Below, one piece after another: positions 48,646 through 57,832 of a stretch of DNA of 64,000 bases. The DNA comes from Nitrospirota bacterium (GTDB taxonomy: Bacteria; Nitrospirota; UBA9217). Under the pieces are notes generated by a model. The model ran no database searches, was not told the DNA's origin, and was given only the letters and a program-made list of their open reading frames with translations. The stretch lies in the NCBI GenBank assembly GCA_963663225.1, contig OY760142.1, positions 2,944,001 through 3,008,000 on the forward strand. The letters run 5' to 3'. The translations under genes were made by a program, and so were the position numbers. Position 1 is the stretch's first letter. Every line of letters begins with the position of its first letter.

Positions 48646-49040
48646 GGGAGTCGTTGTTTTTTCTTTCCGCTTTTGAAAACAACCCGCAGCTTCAGTTCGG
48701 CAACTTTTGCATCGGCTTTCGTAATAGCCGCTTTGAAAGTGGACTCACCGCCGTCCTCACCGATACTGATGAGCTGGCAGGTTATTTCCTCCTCGGGAAA
48801 CACGGGGGTCAGGTATTTTGCAAGAATAATCTCTTTGAGGCCGACTGTTTTCCCGAATGCTTTTTCGAGCGTTGTGACGGCACATTGAATCTGGCAGGCG
48901 CCCGGCAAAACTTTTTTTGCAGGGAAATGACCCTGGAAGCCTATGAACTCCTGCGGGAAAATAAACCGTGAAGCAACCGACCGGTCGTCTTTTGTCAAAC
49001 CGATCATATGCCGCTCGACCTCGGCTTTGATCTTACTCAC
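48642..49040 (-). CDS. 3-hydroxyacyl-ACP dehydratase, ApeI/FabZ-like
   Basis: F.GHFP...VLPG..Q motif. Confidence 0.85.
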   Translation of the reverse strand: MSKIKAEVERHMIGLTKDDRSVASRFIFPQEFIGFQGHFPAKKVLPGACQIQCAVTTLEKAFGKTVGLKEIILAKYLTPVFPEEEITCQLISIGEDGGESTFKAAITKADAKVAELKLRVVFKSGKKKQRLP

Positions 49041-49705
49041 TAATTGAGCTCCTTATGATGTACGGTCAACGTATAGCCGTGTTGGTAGTTGACCAGAATG
49101 ATGTCCTGCGGAAAACGCTTTCCCTTAAAATCCCGATACCCGTTGTAAGAGATTTGCCAGGCAATTATATGGTTTTCATCGTAGTAGCGTTTTTCAACAA
49201 GATCACCCTGCTGTCTTGAAAAAATATATTCTATGAATCCGGCGTCCCAAACCTGTCTGTAGTGAAACCGATATTTTCTTTTCCATACCGATGCTTCGGA
49301 AGAGGGAAGAAGATTAAAATAGATGCGCCTGATATCAGTGCTTACAGCTGCAGCAATGTCTCCGTATTGGAGAAGAACCCCTATGGCGTACTGGGTTGTT
49401 ACCATGCGTTCATCCCCGGACAGTTCGAACAGCTTCACGCCCATTGGATTCAGGCACGCAACCCTAAAAAGATGCTTGTTTGTATCGATTTCCAGGGTGC
49501 CGAGACCGAGAAATTTTTGACCATTATACTCAAAAACAACTGTGTTAAGCAATTGAAAAATTTCCGGAATTGATAAACGGAACCTTTCCACAACGGCTTG
49601 CGGATCAGCAGATTCCGCAGAACTGGAGGTTGTCCCTTGGATCGGAGCATGAGTACACCCGTAAAAAAAAGCTAACAGTATGAATAGTAAATGAAATCGC
49701 TTCAT
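49040..49705 (-). CDS. DUF3261-like (ApeN-like) lipoprotein
   Basis: Lipobox FYGC; L.PMG.KLF.L motif; C-terminal N....Y.L.V; LolB-like fold expected. Confidence 0.7.
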   Translation of the reverse strand: MKRFHLLFILLAFFYGCTHAPIQGTTSSSAESADPQAVVERFRLSIPEIFQLLNTVVFEYNGQKFLGLGTLEIDTNKHLFRVACLNPMGVKLFELSGDERMVTTQYAIGVLLQYGDIAAAVSTDIRRIYFNLLPSSEASVWKRKYRFHYRQVWDAGFIEYIFSRQQGDLVEKRYYDENHIIAWQISYNGYRDFKGKRFPQDIILVNYQHGYTLTVHHKELN

Positions 49706-52089
49706 TCTTGTGCATCTTTCCGGTTTTTCGTCTCCATGATACCGCAAAGAGAAGGAATCACAACCACGGAAGAAATATACCCTGTCACCATGCAGATGAC
49801 CATGGCTACAGCTGTCGAGTAAAGTGCCGGATGCTGAGCAAACAGAAGGGCGCCTGCTCCGATGATATTCGTCGCAGCTGATAACGTAACCGCCATAACC
49901 GTGCCGAACCGCAAATCGTGCCGGTATTCATAGGTAATCCCCAAACCATAATCCACAATTACGCCTGTCGTGATGATTCCAGCGATAATATTGACAACAT
50001 TCAGCGGCATTTTAAAAAGGGACATAAGTCCGACGAGCCAGATAACACCGGTGATAAGCGGAACAAGTGAAATAAATGTTTCTTTCCAGTTTCTGAAGAA
50101 AAGCCAGGCCAAGACAACATTGAATAAGAATGCCAATGGAGCAAGAACTTTAATTTCCCGTGCGGTAAAATGAGAAATAGACGAGGAGAGAGCCTTTCCC
50201 GATACGATAAACGTCCCGGGGTATTGTGTTGATATGCCGGCCAGAGCATCGATATATTGTTGTTCATCAGGAAAAAAAGACATGATGCGGTATTCTTGAT
50301 TCTTCTTCACTACAAAACGTTCCTGCAGCCGGGAGATGAGGCCGCCCGGCCGCGCAGCGTCAGTCTCATGCAAATAAAGTCCGTCAAAAAAAGGTGAAAA
50401 AGCCTGGTCAGAGAAACCATATGCTGAGGATGTTTCCCTGATCAGCTTTTTTAACCGCTGTTCCTTTCCCTGTTTCCAAAAAATGTCCCATCGTTTTCCA
50501 TTTTCCGACCGCAGTTTTTCGGATGGCCAGAACAATGCGAGACTGGTGAAGTTCTCATTCCCGATGAGTTTGACCGCCTCAAGAAATACCGCATCATTTA
50601 GCTGCATTGCTTCTTCAAGGCTGGCTCCGGTCACGACAAAAATCGCCTGCCCTGCTTTTCCTCCCCAAACTTCCCGGAATGTCTGCTCGGCCCGCAGCAC
50701 GTCCGATCCGCTGCCGTCGAGTTTTTTCACGTCGCTGTCAAACTGGACGGAAAACGACAGAACAAGAAACGCTGCTGTGGTGAGCAACCAAACGGCCACG
50801 GTGAGTTTTTTTGGCCAGCGGATTTTTTTCAGACTTTCATCGAGCACGTTATCGGTAAGAAGCTTATCCCGTTTCCAGGAAAGCGTCAACGGGAGAACAA
50901 AGAGTGAAAAAATGAGGCAAATAACCAGGCAAAGAATCGAAAACAACGCAAGTTGATGGTAGCCCTGTATCAGTGAAAAATATAGGACGACAAAACTGAA
51001 TATGGTGGTGCCCGCATCAATGCATACCAGTTTGGCAAGTTTCACCGAGTGTGCCGGGTCAGTGCCCTGCTTCATGGCTATGTATACGATCAGTCCATAG
51101 TCTGAAATGCCGACAATCGCCGTGCCGAAGCCGATGACCAGATAGGAAAGCTTGTTTTCTATGAATGCGGTGAGAACAACGGCCCATATGACGGCAATAA
51201 ACGGAAAGAGAAAGACAAAGACTGCGCGTACATCGCGAAAAACGAGCACAAAAAGCAGAAGGAAAGCGACAGAAGCGATTATGGACGCAATGGTGATGTC
51301 ACGGATAATTACCTGTTCATTTTTTACCGTGTGCACATGTGCGCCTATAATGTCTGCTGAAACAAATCCGGGCAGTTCTTTGAGGTGGTCCTGGAGTGTT
51401 GCAAGCATTTCCTGGCTGCGCTGGCTGTCCATCATCGGGACAGTGGTTTGGATTATCAACATCGTATGGCGTCCATCACGGCTGATGAAATGCCCGTCTT
51501 CCAGGGCCACGTCGTATCCCATAGATGCAGGAAGTGCCCGCAACTTGTCCATGAGAAGAAGCTTGATCCCGATTGGGTCGGTCCTCGACAGGGATGACAT
51601 GAAAATACTTTCCGGACGAAGCGACTGCCGGTAGATGGACCTCAATTTTTGTGACACCGCTTCTGCATTAAGCTGGCTGTCTATTACCGCAAGGTCCCGT
51701 TCACCCAGAACCTGCGGTGCATACTGAAGCATGGAAAATTCCTCCATAACATCAGCAGCAGAAAATCCGGAAATGACTTTTGTAAAAAGGGGCGGTTTGA
51801 TCGATGCAGCAAGCTGGTCCGCTGCCAGAAAAAGGTCTTTTTTTGTTTTCTGAGGATCCTTCAGGGACAAGGAGATGACTATTTTGTCGGACAGGTTCGA
51901 ATCGCGCAAAAAATCCATGCTGCGCCTGATGTCTTTATCCGGCGGCAGCATCAAATCGATATTGCCGTCATATCCTATAAAAAACAGACCGATGCTGCAG
52001 GCAATTGTAATCAGACCGACAGCGCCAAGAACCAGTTTTTTGTTTTTTTGGAGCACCTGGAAAAAAAGCAGGAAATACCTGTCAAACAT
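49702..52089 (-). CDS. MMPL/RND family exporter (ApeM-like)
   Basis: Two TM bundles with G.S/VDYG motifs separated by periplasmic domains. Confidence 0.85.
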   Translation of the reverse strand: MFDRYFLLFFQVLQKNKKLVLGAVGLITIACSIGLFFIGYDGNIDLMLPPDKDIRRSMDFLRDSNLSDKIVISLSLKDPQKTKKDLFLAADQLAASIKPPLFTKVISGFSAADVMEEFSMLQYAPQVLGERDLAVIDSQLNAEAVSQKLRSIYRQSLRPESIFMSSLSRTDPIGIKLLLMDKLRALPASMGYDVALEDGHFISRDGRHTMLIIQTTVPMMDSQRSQEMLATLQDHLKELPGFVSADIIGAHVHTVKNEQVIIRDITIASIIASVAFLLLFVLVFRDVRAVFVFLFPFIAVIWAVVLTAFIENKLSYLVIGFGTAIVGISDYGLIVYIAMKQGTDPAHSVKLAKLVCIDAGTTIFSFVVLYFSLIQGYHQLALFSILCLVICLIFSLFVLPLTLSWKRDKLLTDNVLDESLKKIRWPKKLTVAVWLLTTAAFLVLSFSVQFDSDVKKLDGSGSDVLRAEQTFREVWGGKAGQAIFVVTGASLEEAMQLNDAVFLEAVKLIGNENFTSLALFWPSEKLRSENGKRWDIFWKQGKEQRLKKLIRETSSAYGFSDQAFSPFFDGLYLHETDAARPGGLISRLQERFVVKKNQEYRIMSFFPDEQQYIDALAGISTQYPGTFIVSGKALSSSISHFTAREIKVLAPLAFLFNVVLAWLFFRNWKETFISLVPLITGVIWLVGLMSLFKMPLNVVNIIAGIITTGVIVDYGLGITYEYRHDLRFGTVMAVTLSAATNIIGAGALLFAQHPALYSTAVAMVICMVTGYISSVVVIPSLCGIMETKNRKDAQE

Positions 52090-52768
52090 GCCCTTTCACC
52101 TCAAAGCTGCCGGTGCTCAGCGGGACATTCAACAGGGTGTTGGTAAAATGGATGGTCGTAACATCGCCGTTCAGTTCTTTAATCCGTATCTGGCGGAGGT
52201 ATTTTTGGTCTTCCCGGAACGTAATCGTTATATTTTTGATGATTTTTTTTGCAATATTTTTTTCGCTCGGGGTAAATTCAAGGACCAGGGGTTCACGGCT
52301 CACCAGACGCACGGTATTTACGTCGAGAAGCGTGCCATATTCGCCGGAGAACCATACAGTCAATTGGCTCAGCACATTCTGAAAAATTTGGTTCTTTTTG
52401 AGCGATATCTCCTGCACCTGGTTCGTGTCCTCGTCCCATTGGCGGATGATTTTATCAGTGATAAGGACGGAATAGCGCAGAGGTGAGTCCACGTGCCATG
52501 CGATTTTATCCGGTTTTTGGAGATAAATCCGTCCTTTTAAAATCAGTTTGTCTTTGAACATGGCCATTTCTTTTTCCTGGGTGAAGGCAGTGCTGAGTGT
52601 TTTAAAATCAGAGACTTTTTTCCCGAGGGTGTTCAGAAATTGGGAAAGATCAGCGCGTTCCGTCTGCAGATCTCCGGATGGTTCCGCAGAAAAAGCAGGA
52701 CAAACCGGGAGCAGAAGACAAAACATCATGAGACAGGCAACAAAACTGGAACAAATGTATTGTATCAT
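52082..52768 (-). CDS. LolA-like periplasmic lipid carrier (ApeL-like)
   Basis: Signal peptide; FTQEK, G...L..P....W and E..GD.T.I.F.N motifs. Confidence 0.85.
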   Translation of the reverse strand: MIQYICSSFVACLMMFCLLLPVCPAFSAEPSGDLQTERADLSQFLNTLGKKVSDFKTLSTAFTQEKEMAMFKDKLILKGRIYLQKPDKIAWHVDSPLRYSVLITDKIIRQWDEDTNQVQEISLKKNQIFQNVLSQLTVWFSGEYGTLLDVNTVRLVSREPLVLEFTPSEKNIAKKIIKNITITFREDQKYLRQIRIKELNGDVTTIHFTNTLLNVPLSTGSFEVKGHV

Positions 52769-54252
52769 TATGCCGCCGCCTTGCCGTCGCGCCAGACCTT
52801 CAATTCCCCGTGCGCAATGAGTGTGTTTTCCTTTTTTATCTCTCCGCGAATAATGCCGAAATCACCCAGTTTCGCGACTTTATAAATCGTGATCCGGAGA
52901 ATATCTCCGACCCGAGCGCTGCCGAGAATTTCAAATTTTTTTATTCCGAGCAGATATCCTTCCTGCTGCGGATTGCGGCTGCCGACTTCACGAAAACCTT
53001 CCATGGCGGCTAGCGCCTGGGAAATAATTTCAGGATAAGACGCCTCATCAAGTTTTCCGTTTTCCGATACAAAAACCATATCCTGCCGAACGGTCATTTC
53101 CGAGATGGACTCCCGCTCCCGCAGTTCAAGCAGGCGGTCGATAAGAAGCATGGGGGATTTATGGGGGACGACCCGTGCGGCATCAACAGGCAGAAACATA
53201 ATATCATCACGGCGGTCAAGATTATGCCAGCAGAGAGGGTCTGACGCCAGGTAGTCACCCGTCAGTTGGTAGGCCGCACCCCGGCAACCGTAGCACTCGT
53301 CTATCTTGGCACATTCTCCGCACGGCCCCTTTATCAGTTCTTTGTATCGTTTCAGGTCCTGCACAACTTCACTGTCATGCAGAATGTCTTTCAACCGTTG
53401 TTTTCTTACGTTTCCGATGGGAAAGGTAATCCCCACGCAGGGTTGCACGTATCCTTCTGAATTTACCGCACACGAGAACTGATGGCGGAGGCATTCACCT
53501 CCCACCAAAGGCGGCTTGGGATCCCAATGATAGCCGTATTTCGTTCTATCAATTTCCGATATGCGATTAAAGAATTCCTGCACAGTCCGGGAATCGACTT
53601 CCAGCATATTGTGTTCCCGGGCTCCACCCTGGGGGGTCATCATCTCAAAATACGGCATGATATGCTGGTCCCGAAGCCATTCCCACATGCGGGCCAATTC
53701 ATCGATATTCTGCTGGCAGATGATCGTACTGATCCCCATGGGATGTTCCGGCGACGGGTATCCCGCGCTCTTTAAGTTTTTCAAAGCTTCCTGTATCTGG
53801 GTATAAGCGCCTTTTCGGCCGGAAAGTGTGTCCTGGAGACTTTCGTCGAAGGTGTTCATTTTCAGGATCACCCGGGCATTGTTATCGTAAAAAAATTGCG
53901 CCATGGCAGGGGTGAGGCTTGTTCCGTTGGTAAATATCTCGATATCCATGCCCAGGCCCCTGATAAAGCGGATCATTTCCATAATATGGGGATACAGCAT
54001 GGGTTCGCCGCCGAGAATGATGATTTTGCGGGCAGATAGCTCTTTTGCCTGTGTAATGACGTCTTTGAATTCTTCTTTGGTCAATTCGTCTCGCCGACGG
54101 GCAGTGTCCGAAGCATAGCAATAGATGCAGCGGAAATTGCAGCTCTGATTAAACTCAATTTCCATCGAAAGGAGTCTGCCGTCACGCACGGCATCCGCAA
54201 TCTCCTGCTGAGAGAATTCAGCACCGTAGATTCTGCTTTGACAACTAGTCAT
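52768..54252 (-). CDS. radical SAM/SPASM protein fused to C-terminal ApeP-like hotdog dehydratase
   Basis: CNFRCIYC; SPASM C...C......G.V.PC...C..C.....C.GCR..AY...DP.C; then PH..PM.LID...E..SQA.AA..G...G.LLG. Confidence 0.85.
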   Translation of the reverse strand: MTSCQSRIYGAEFSQQEIADAVRDGRLLSMEIEFNQSCNFRCIYCYASDTARRRDELTKEEFKDVITQAKELSARKIIILGGEPMLYPHIMEMIRFIRGLGMDIEIFTNGTSLTPAMAQFFYDNNARVILKMNTFDESLQDTLSGRKGAYTQIQEALKNLKSAGYPSPEHPMGISTIICQQNIDELARMWEWLRDQHIMPYFEMMTPQGGAREHNMLEVDSRTVQEFFNRISEIDRTKYGYHWDPKPPLVGGECLRHQFSCAVNSEGYVQPCVGITFPIGNVRKQRLKDILHDSEVVQDLKRYKELIKGPCGECAKIDECYGCRGAAYQLTGDYLASDPLCWHNLDRRDDIMFLPVDAARVVPHKSPMLLIDRLLELRERESISEMTVRQDMVFVSENGKLDEASYPEIISQALAAMEGFREVGSRNPQQEGYLLGIKKFEILGSARVGDILRITIYKVAKLGDFGIIRGEIKKENTLIAHGELKVWRDGKAAA

Positions 54253-55553
54253 ATGCTCTTTCTGTTGTCCACAAAACGGACTAACTTACGGGAATTACCT
54301 GAAAAAATCTGGTTTTTTATGTTTTCTTCACTAGTAAGGATCACTTCCGGCCGCACCCGCAAATGGCCTTGCAATTTATCCATAATCATTTCCGCAGTGC
54401 AGGCGGCGTCCTGCACGGAAACAAAAACCTTTATCACATCCGAAAGATTATAGTCGCTTGAAGCAACGATATAATAACCGCTTATTTCCGGCAGAGCATC
54501 GAGAACATCGTAGAAAGAATTCGGATATAGCGTCGTACCCCGAAATTTGAGCATTTGTCTGTTTCTGCCCAAAATGGGGCCAAGCCGCGGCGATTTTCTT
54601 CCGCAGGAACACGGTTCGTCTACCAGAAAACTGATGTCTCCGGTTCTGAACCTCAATAGCGGCATCCCTTCAATGGCCAGAGGAGTGATCACCACCTCAC
54701 CGATTTCCCCTGGAGGGAGAACTTTTCCCTGTTCAGTAACGATTTCGACAATGGCAAGATCGGGATGAAGATGGCCTCCCTGCTGTGCAGTGCATTCACA
54801 GAATGAGGTAATGCATTCTGAAGAAGCATAGGTAGAATAAATTCTTGCACCCCATACTTCTTCAAGGGTTTTTCCGATTCTGAGAAAAGAAAGATGGCGG
54901 TCCCGGATCGGTTCACCGATACAGATCAGTTTGTTCACCCCTGCAGAAGCAGGATCAATATTCTGGGATTGCAAAAATCGTCCCAGTTTGAGCAAGAAAG
55001 TCGGGACTCCGACGATGACCGTAGGTTTCAGCCGTTGAATTATTTCGAGATGGCTCTCTACACTGCTCAAACCATTTCTAATGGCAGCAGCTCCTAGACT
55101 TCTGGATCCTGCATAGTAAGCGAGCCCCGCGATAAAACAGCGGTCAAGAGTGCACGTCAGCAGCACGACATCGTCATGCGTCATCCCGCAGCCTGCGAAG
55201 GAAATTACCTCATTATATGCCAGACGCTGGAGATCATTTTCAGTGAACATAATCGGCGTCGGCCTGCCCATGGTCCCTGAAGAAAGAACAATATCCACGA
55301 TTTCAGATTGGGGAACTGCACGAAAATCATTATTTTGACTTCCGAAGGTAGCTTTCTCGGTAAGCGGAAAGCTGTCAAGAGAAGGAATGTTTTTACCTGA
55401 GACATCTATTCCCTGCTCGCGGAATATTTTGCGATAATACGGAGAAGAAGATGAGAGATATCGAAGGTGTGTGTGCAAAAGCGATTCCTGCACCTTTTTG
55501 ATCTCATCGGGTTTTGAAAATTCCAGATTGCGATTATGATCAAATGCTGTCAT
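54249..55553 (-). CDS. phenylacetate-CoA ligase (PaaK) family adenylating enzyme
   Basis: SSGT.G.P, STYASSE, PLLRFRTGD, C.CGR and K.RG...YP motifs. Confidence 0.88.
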   Translation of the reverse strand: MTAFDHNRNLEFSKPDEIKKVQESLLHTHLRYLSSSSPYYRKIFREQGIDVSGKNIPSLDSFPLTEKATFGSQNNDFRAVPQSEIVDIVLSSGTMGRPTPIMFTENDLQRLAYNEVISFAGCGMTHDDVVLLTCTLDRCFIAGLAYYAGSRSLGAAAIRNGLSSVESHLEIIQRLKPTVIVGVPTFLLKLGRFLQSQNIDPASAGVNKLICIGEPIRDRHLSFLRIGKTLEEVWGARIYSTYASSECITSFCECTAQQGGHLHPDLAIVEIVTEQGKVLPPGEIGEVVITPLAIEGMPLLRFRTGDISFLVDEPCSCGRKSPRLGPILGRNRQMLKFRGTTLYPNSFYDVLDALPEISGYYIVASSDYNLSDVIKVFVSVQDAACTAEMIMDKLQGHLRVRPEVILTSEENIKNQIFSGNSRKLVRFVDNRKSI

Positions 55554-56305
55554 ACCCTATTCTCCATCTTAGCCAGTTCGCCGTCAAGAATTTTCCACAC
55601 TCTGTTTTTAAATGCGAACGCGGTCAATTCTTTATAGTCATTCCAGGGAATTGCCGCAAGCTGGCGTATCCGGACCGTTCCCGGCCGCAGCAGGGAAGAT
55701 CCCTTTGGAAAAATTTTCTCCGTCCCGGAGATGCAGAGCGGAACAACGGGCGTCCTTGTCTCAAGAGCCAGCCGGAACGCTGCGCCGTGAAAGTTTCCCA
55801 TTTCCCCTGTGGTTGAACGCGTTCCCTCCGGAAAAAAAATGATGGAAACCCCTTCCGACAGCAATCGTGTGGCTTTTTGCATAAACTGGTCGCGGGGCAT
55901 CATGCGTATGTTAAGATATCCTGAGAACCTTGCATAAATGCCCAGAACGGGTATTCTAAACGGCCATACATTTACAATCTGGACGACTTCATGGGGCAGG
56001 ACTCCGATAAGAAAAGCGTCCACCGCAGATCGGTGATTGCACACAAAAATATATGGTTCCTGCGGCCCCTTCTGAGCAGGCCGTTCATACCGAATTCTAA
56101 TAAAAGGAAACGGCAAGGCCATTATCGTCTTTCCATAAAGACTAATGGAGCGACGAAAATATTGTAGTGTTTTACGCGGCGGCAGAAAAAACAACCCTAA
56201 CAAAGTAACTGCAACCGTCAGCACGGAAATGACAATTGCTGAGAACAGGAAAAACAGCACGTAAAAGTACAGATTAAAGAGATACAATCCTAAACGATAC
56301 AGCAT
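55550..56305 (-). CDS. PlsC-type acyl-glycerol-3-phosphate acyltransferase (ApeD-like)
   Basis: NHRSAVD and FPEGTRS motifs. Confidence 0.9.
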   Translation of the reverse strand: MLYRLGLYLFNLYFYVLFFLFSAIVISVLTVAVTLLGLFFLPPRKTLQYFRRSISLYGKTIMALPFPFIRIRYERPAQKGPQEPYIFVCNHRSAVDAFLIGVLPHEVVQIVNVWPFRIPVLGIYARFSGYLNIRMMPRDQFMQKATRLLSEGVSIIFFPEGTRSTTGEMGNFHGAAFRLALETRTPVVPLCISGTEKIFPKGSSLLRPGTVRIRQLAAIPWNDYKELTAFAFKNRVWKILDGELAKMENRV

Positions 56306-56310
56306 CGTTC

Positions 56311-56574
56311 TCAACTCTTTTTGATGTCCTCATTTTTGATCGAGGAAATAAACTGATAGATATCCTGCAAGGTTCTGATGTCCCTGATCCCTTCTTCATT
56401 TCTGATCTTGACGCCGAAACTGTTTTGGAGCGCGACCACAAGGTCCACGATATCGAGGCTGTCAAGCCCGAGATCCGTAAAGATATGGGCCTGAGGGACC
56501 AAGCGCTCTTTTTCTATTTCGAAAGATTCTTCAAACACCTTGTTGGTTTTTTCTATAATTTCCTGTTCAGTCAT
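56311..56574 (-). CDS. acyl carrier protein (ACP1, ApeF-like)
   Basis: DLGLDSLD.VDL; GGAGG RBS before ATG 56574. Confidence 0.93.
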   Translation of the reverse strand: MTEQEIIEKTNKVFEESFEIEKERLVPQAHIFTDLGLDSLDIVDLVVALQNSFGVKIRNEEGIRDIRTLQDIYQFISSIKNEDIKKS

Positions 56575-56605
56575 ACAATCCTCCACCGTAGCTGCCGCAG
56601 ATACG

Positions 56606-57832
56606 TCAGATTTTTTTACAAACCAGTGCCGCATTGATGCCGCCAAAGGCAAAACCGTTTTTGAGGACGGTCGTTATCTGCTTTTTGAGCGGCTGCATTA
56701 CATGTTGAATTCCTTCACAATCAGCACTCACATGCTCCAAATGCAGCGTTGGATAAATTATTCCGTGTTCCATCATCTTGAGAGAAGCCGCTAGTTCGAT
56801 TGCTCCCGATGCGCCAAGTGTATGGCCGATGTAGCCCTTTAATCCGCTCACGGGGACGGAAGCACCGAAAATGTCTCTGATCGACTCCGCTTCTTCCTGG
56901 TCTCCCTGGATTGTCGCCGTGGCATGCGCGTTGATATAATCGATGTCGCGCGGCTGCAACCCGGCGTCCTCAATCGCCTGCTTCATGCAAATGACCATGG
57001 ATTCCTTGTTGGACTGGCTGACATGGAGCCCGTTTGCGGTTGTGCTGTAACCGACTACTTCGGCATAAATTTTAGCGTTCCTTCTGAGTGCACGGTCATA
57101 ATCCTCAAGGATCACGATTCCGCTTCCTTCACCGCACACAAGCCCATCGCGGTCTCTATCAAAAGGCCGCGGGGTTTTCTGCGGCGAATCATTGTACTTT
57201 GTTGACGTGGCAAAAAGAATATCGAATGATCCCGTTACCGTAGGATGCAGTTCTTCCGCTCCCCCGCAAAGAAGAAGGTCCTGCCTGCCGAGCCTGATAA
57301 GATCGTACCCGGTGCCGATGGCATGGAGTGCGGAGGCGCAAGCGGCAGCCGGGGCGATGATCGATCCGTTTAACCCCAGATATTGGGCGACATTCACGGC
57401 CGCGGTGTGCGACATGCACTGGAAAAACATTGTGGAATTCAGCTGGCCGAGATCCTTGTTTGGCAGTATGATTTCAAAAGCATCGTTGATACTTTTCGCG
57501 CTGCCCATCGTCGAACCGATAACGCAGCCGGTCCGCCACAAGTCTTCATCGGCAAGGGAAATACCCGCATCAGACAATGCCTCGTCCGCTGCCTGGGCGG
57601 CAAAAATACTCATTCGGCCCATGGAACGGCGTTTTTGGCGAGGAATGCGTTTCTCATCGCGTATTTCAGCCGGCGCGCCCACCAGGCTTTGCAGGCCGAT
57701 GTAACGGTCCCATCCTTCCATCCGCTGCACGGCGCTCTGTCCGGATTCTATGCCTTTCATGAGCGCCGGCACGCCGTTGCCGAAGGGAGAGACTACTCCC
57801 AGGCCTGTTATGACAACTCGTTTCAAAGTCAT
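56606..57832 (-). CDS. beta-ketoacyl-ACP synthase (KS1, ApeR/FabF-like)
   Basis: RVVITGLG, AACASA, NAHAT.T, KGY.GHTLGA.G and FAFGG.N motifs. Confidence 0.93.
   Translation of the reverse strand: MTLKRVVITGLGVVSPFGNGVPALMKGIESGQSAVQRMEGWDRYIGLQSLVGAPAEIRDEKRIPRQKRRSMGRMSIFAAQAADEALSDAGISLADEDLWRTGCVIGSTMGSAKSINDAFEIILPNKDLGQLNSTMFFQCMSHTAAVNVAQYLGLNGSIIAPAAACASALHAIGTGYDLIRLGRQDLLLCGGAEELHPTVTGSFDILFATSTKYNDSPQKTPRPFDRDRDGLVCGEGSGIVILEDYDRALRRNAKIYAEVVGYSTTANGLHVSQSNKESMVICMKQAIEDAGLQPRDIDYINAHATATIQGDQEEAESIRDIFGASVPVSGLKGYIGHTLGASGAIELAASLKMMEHGIIYPTLHLEHVSADCEGIQHVMQPLKKQITTVLKNGFAFGGINAALVCKKI

Noticed and set aside
54249-55553. Phenylacetate catabolism (paaK)
   Set aside because: No other paa genes are present; the context indicates starter-unit activation for biosynthesis.
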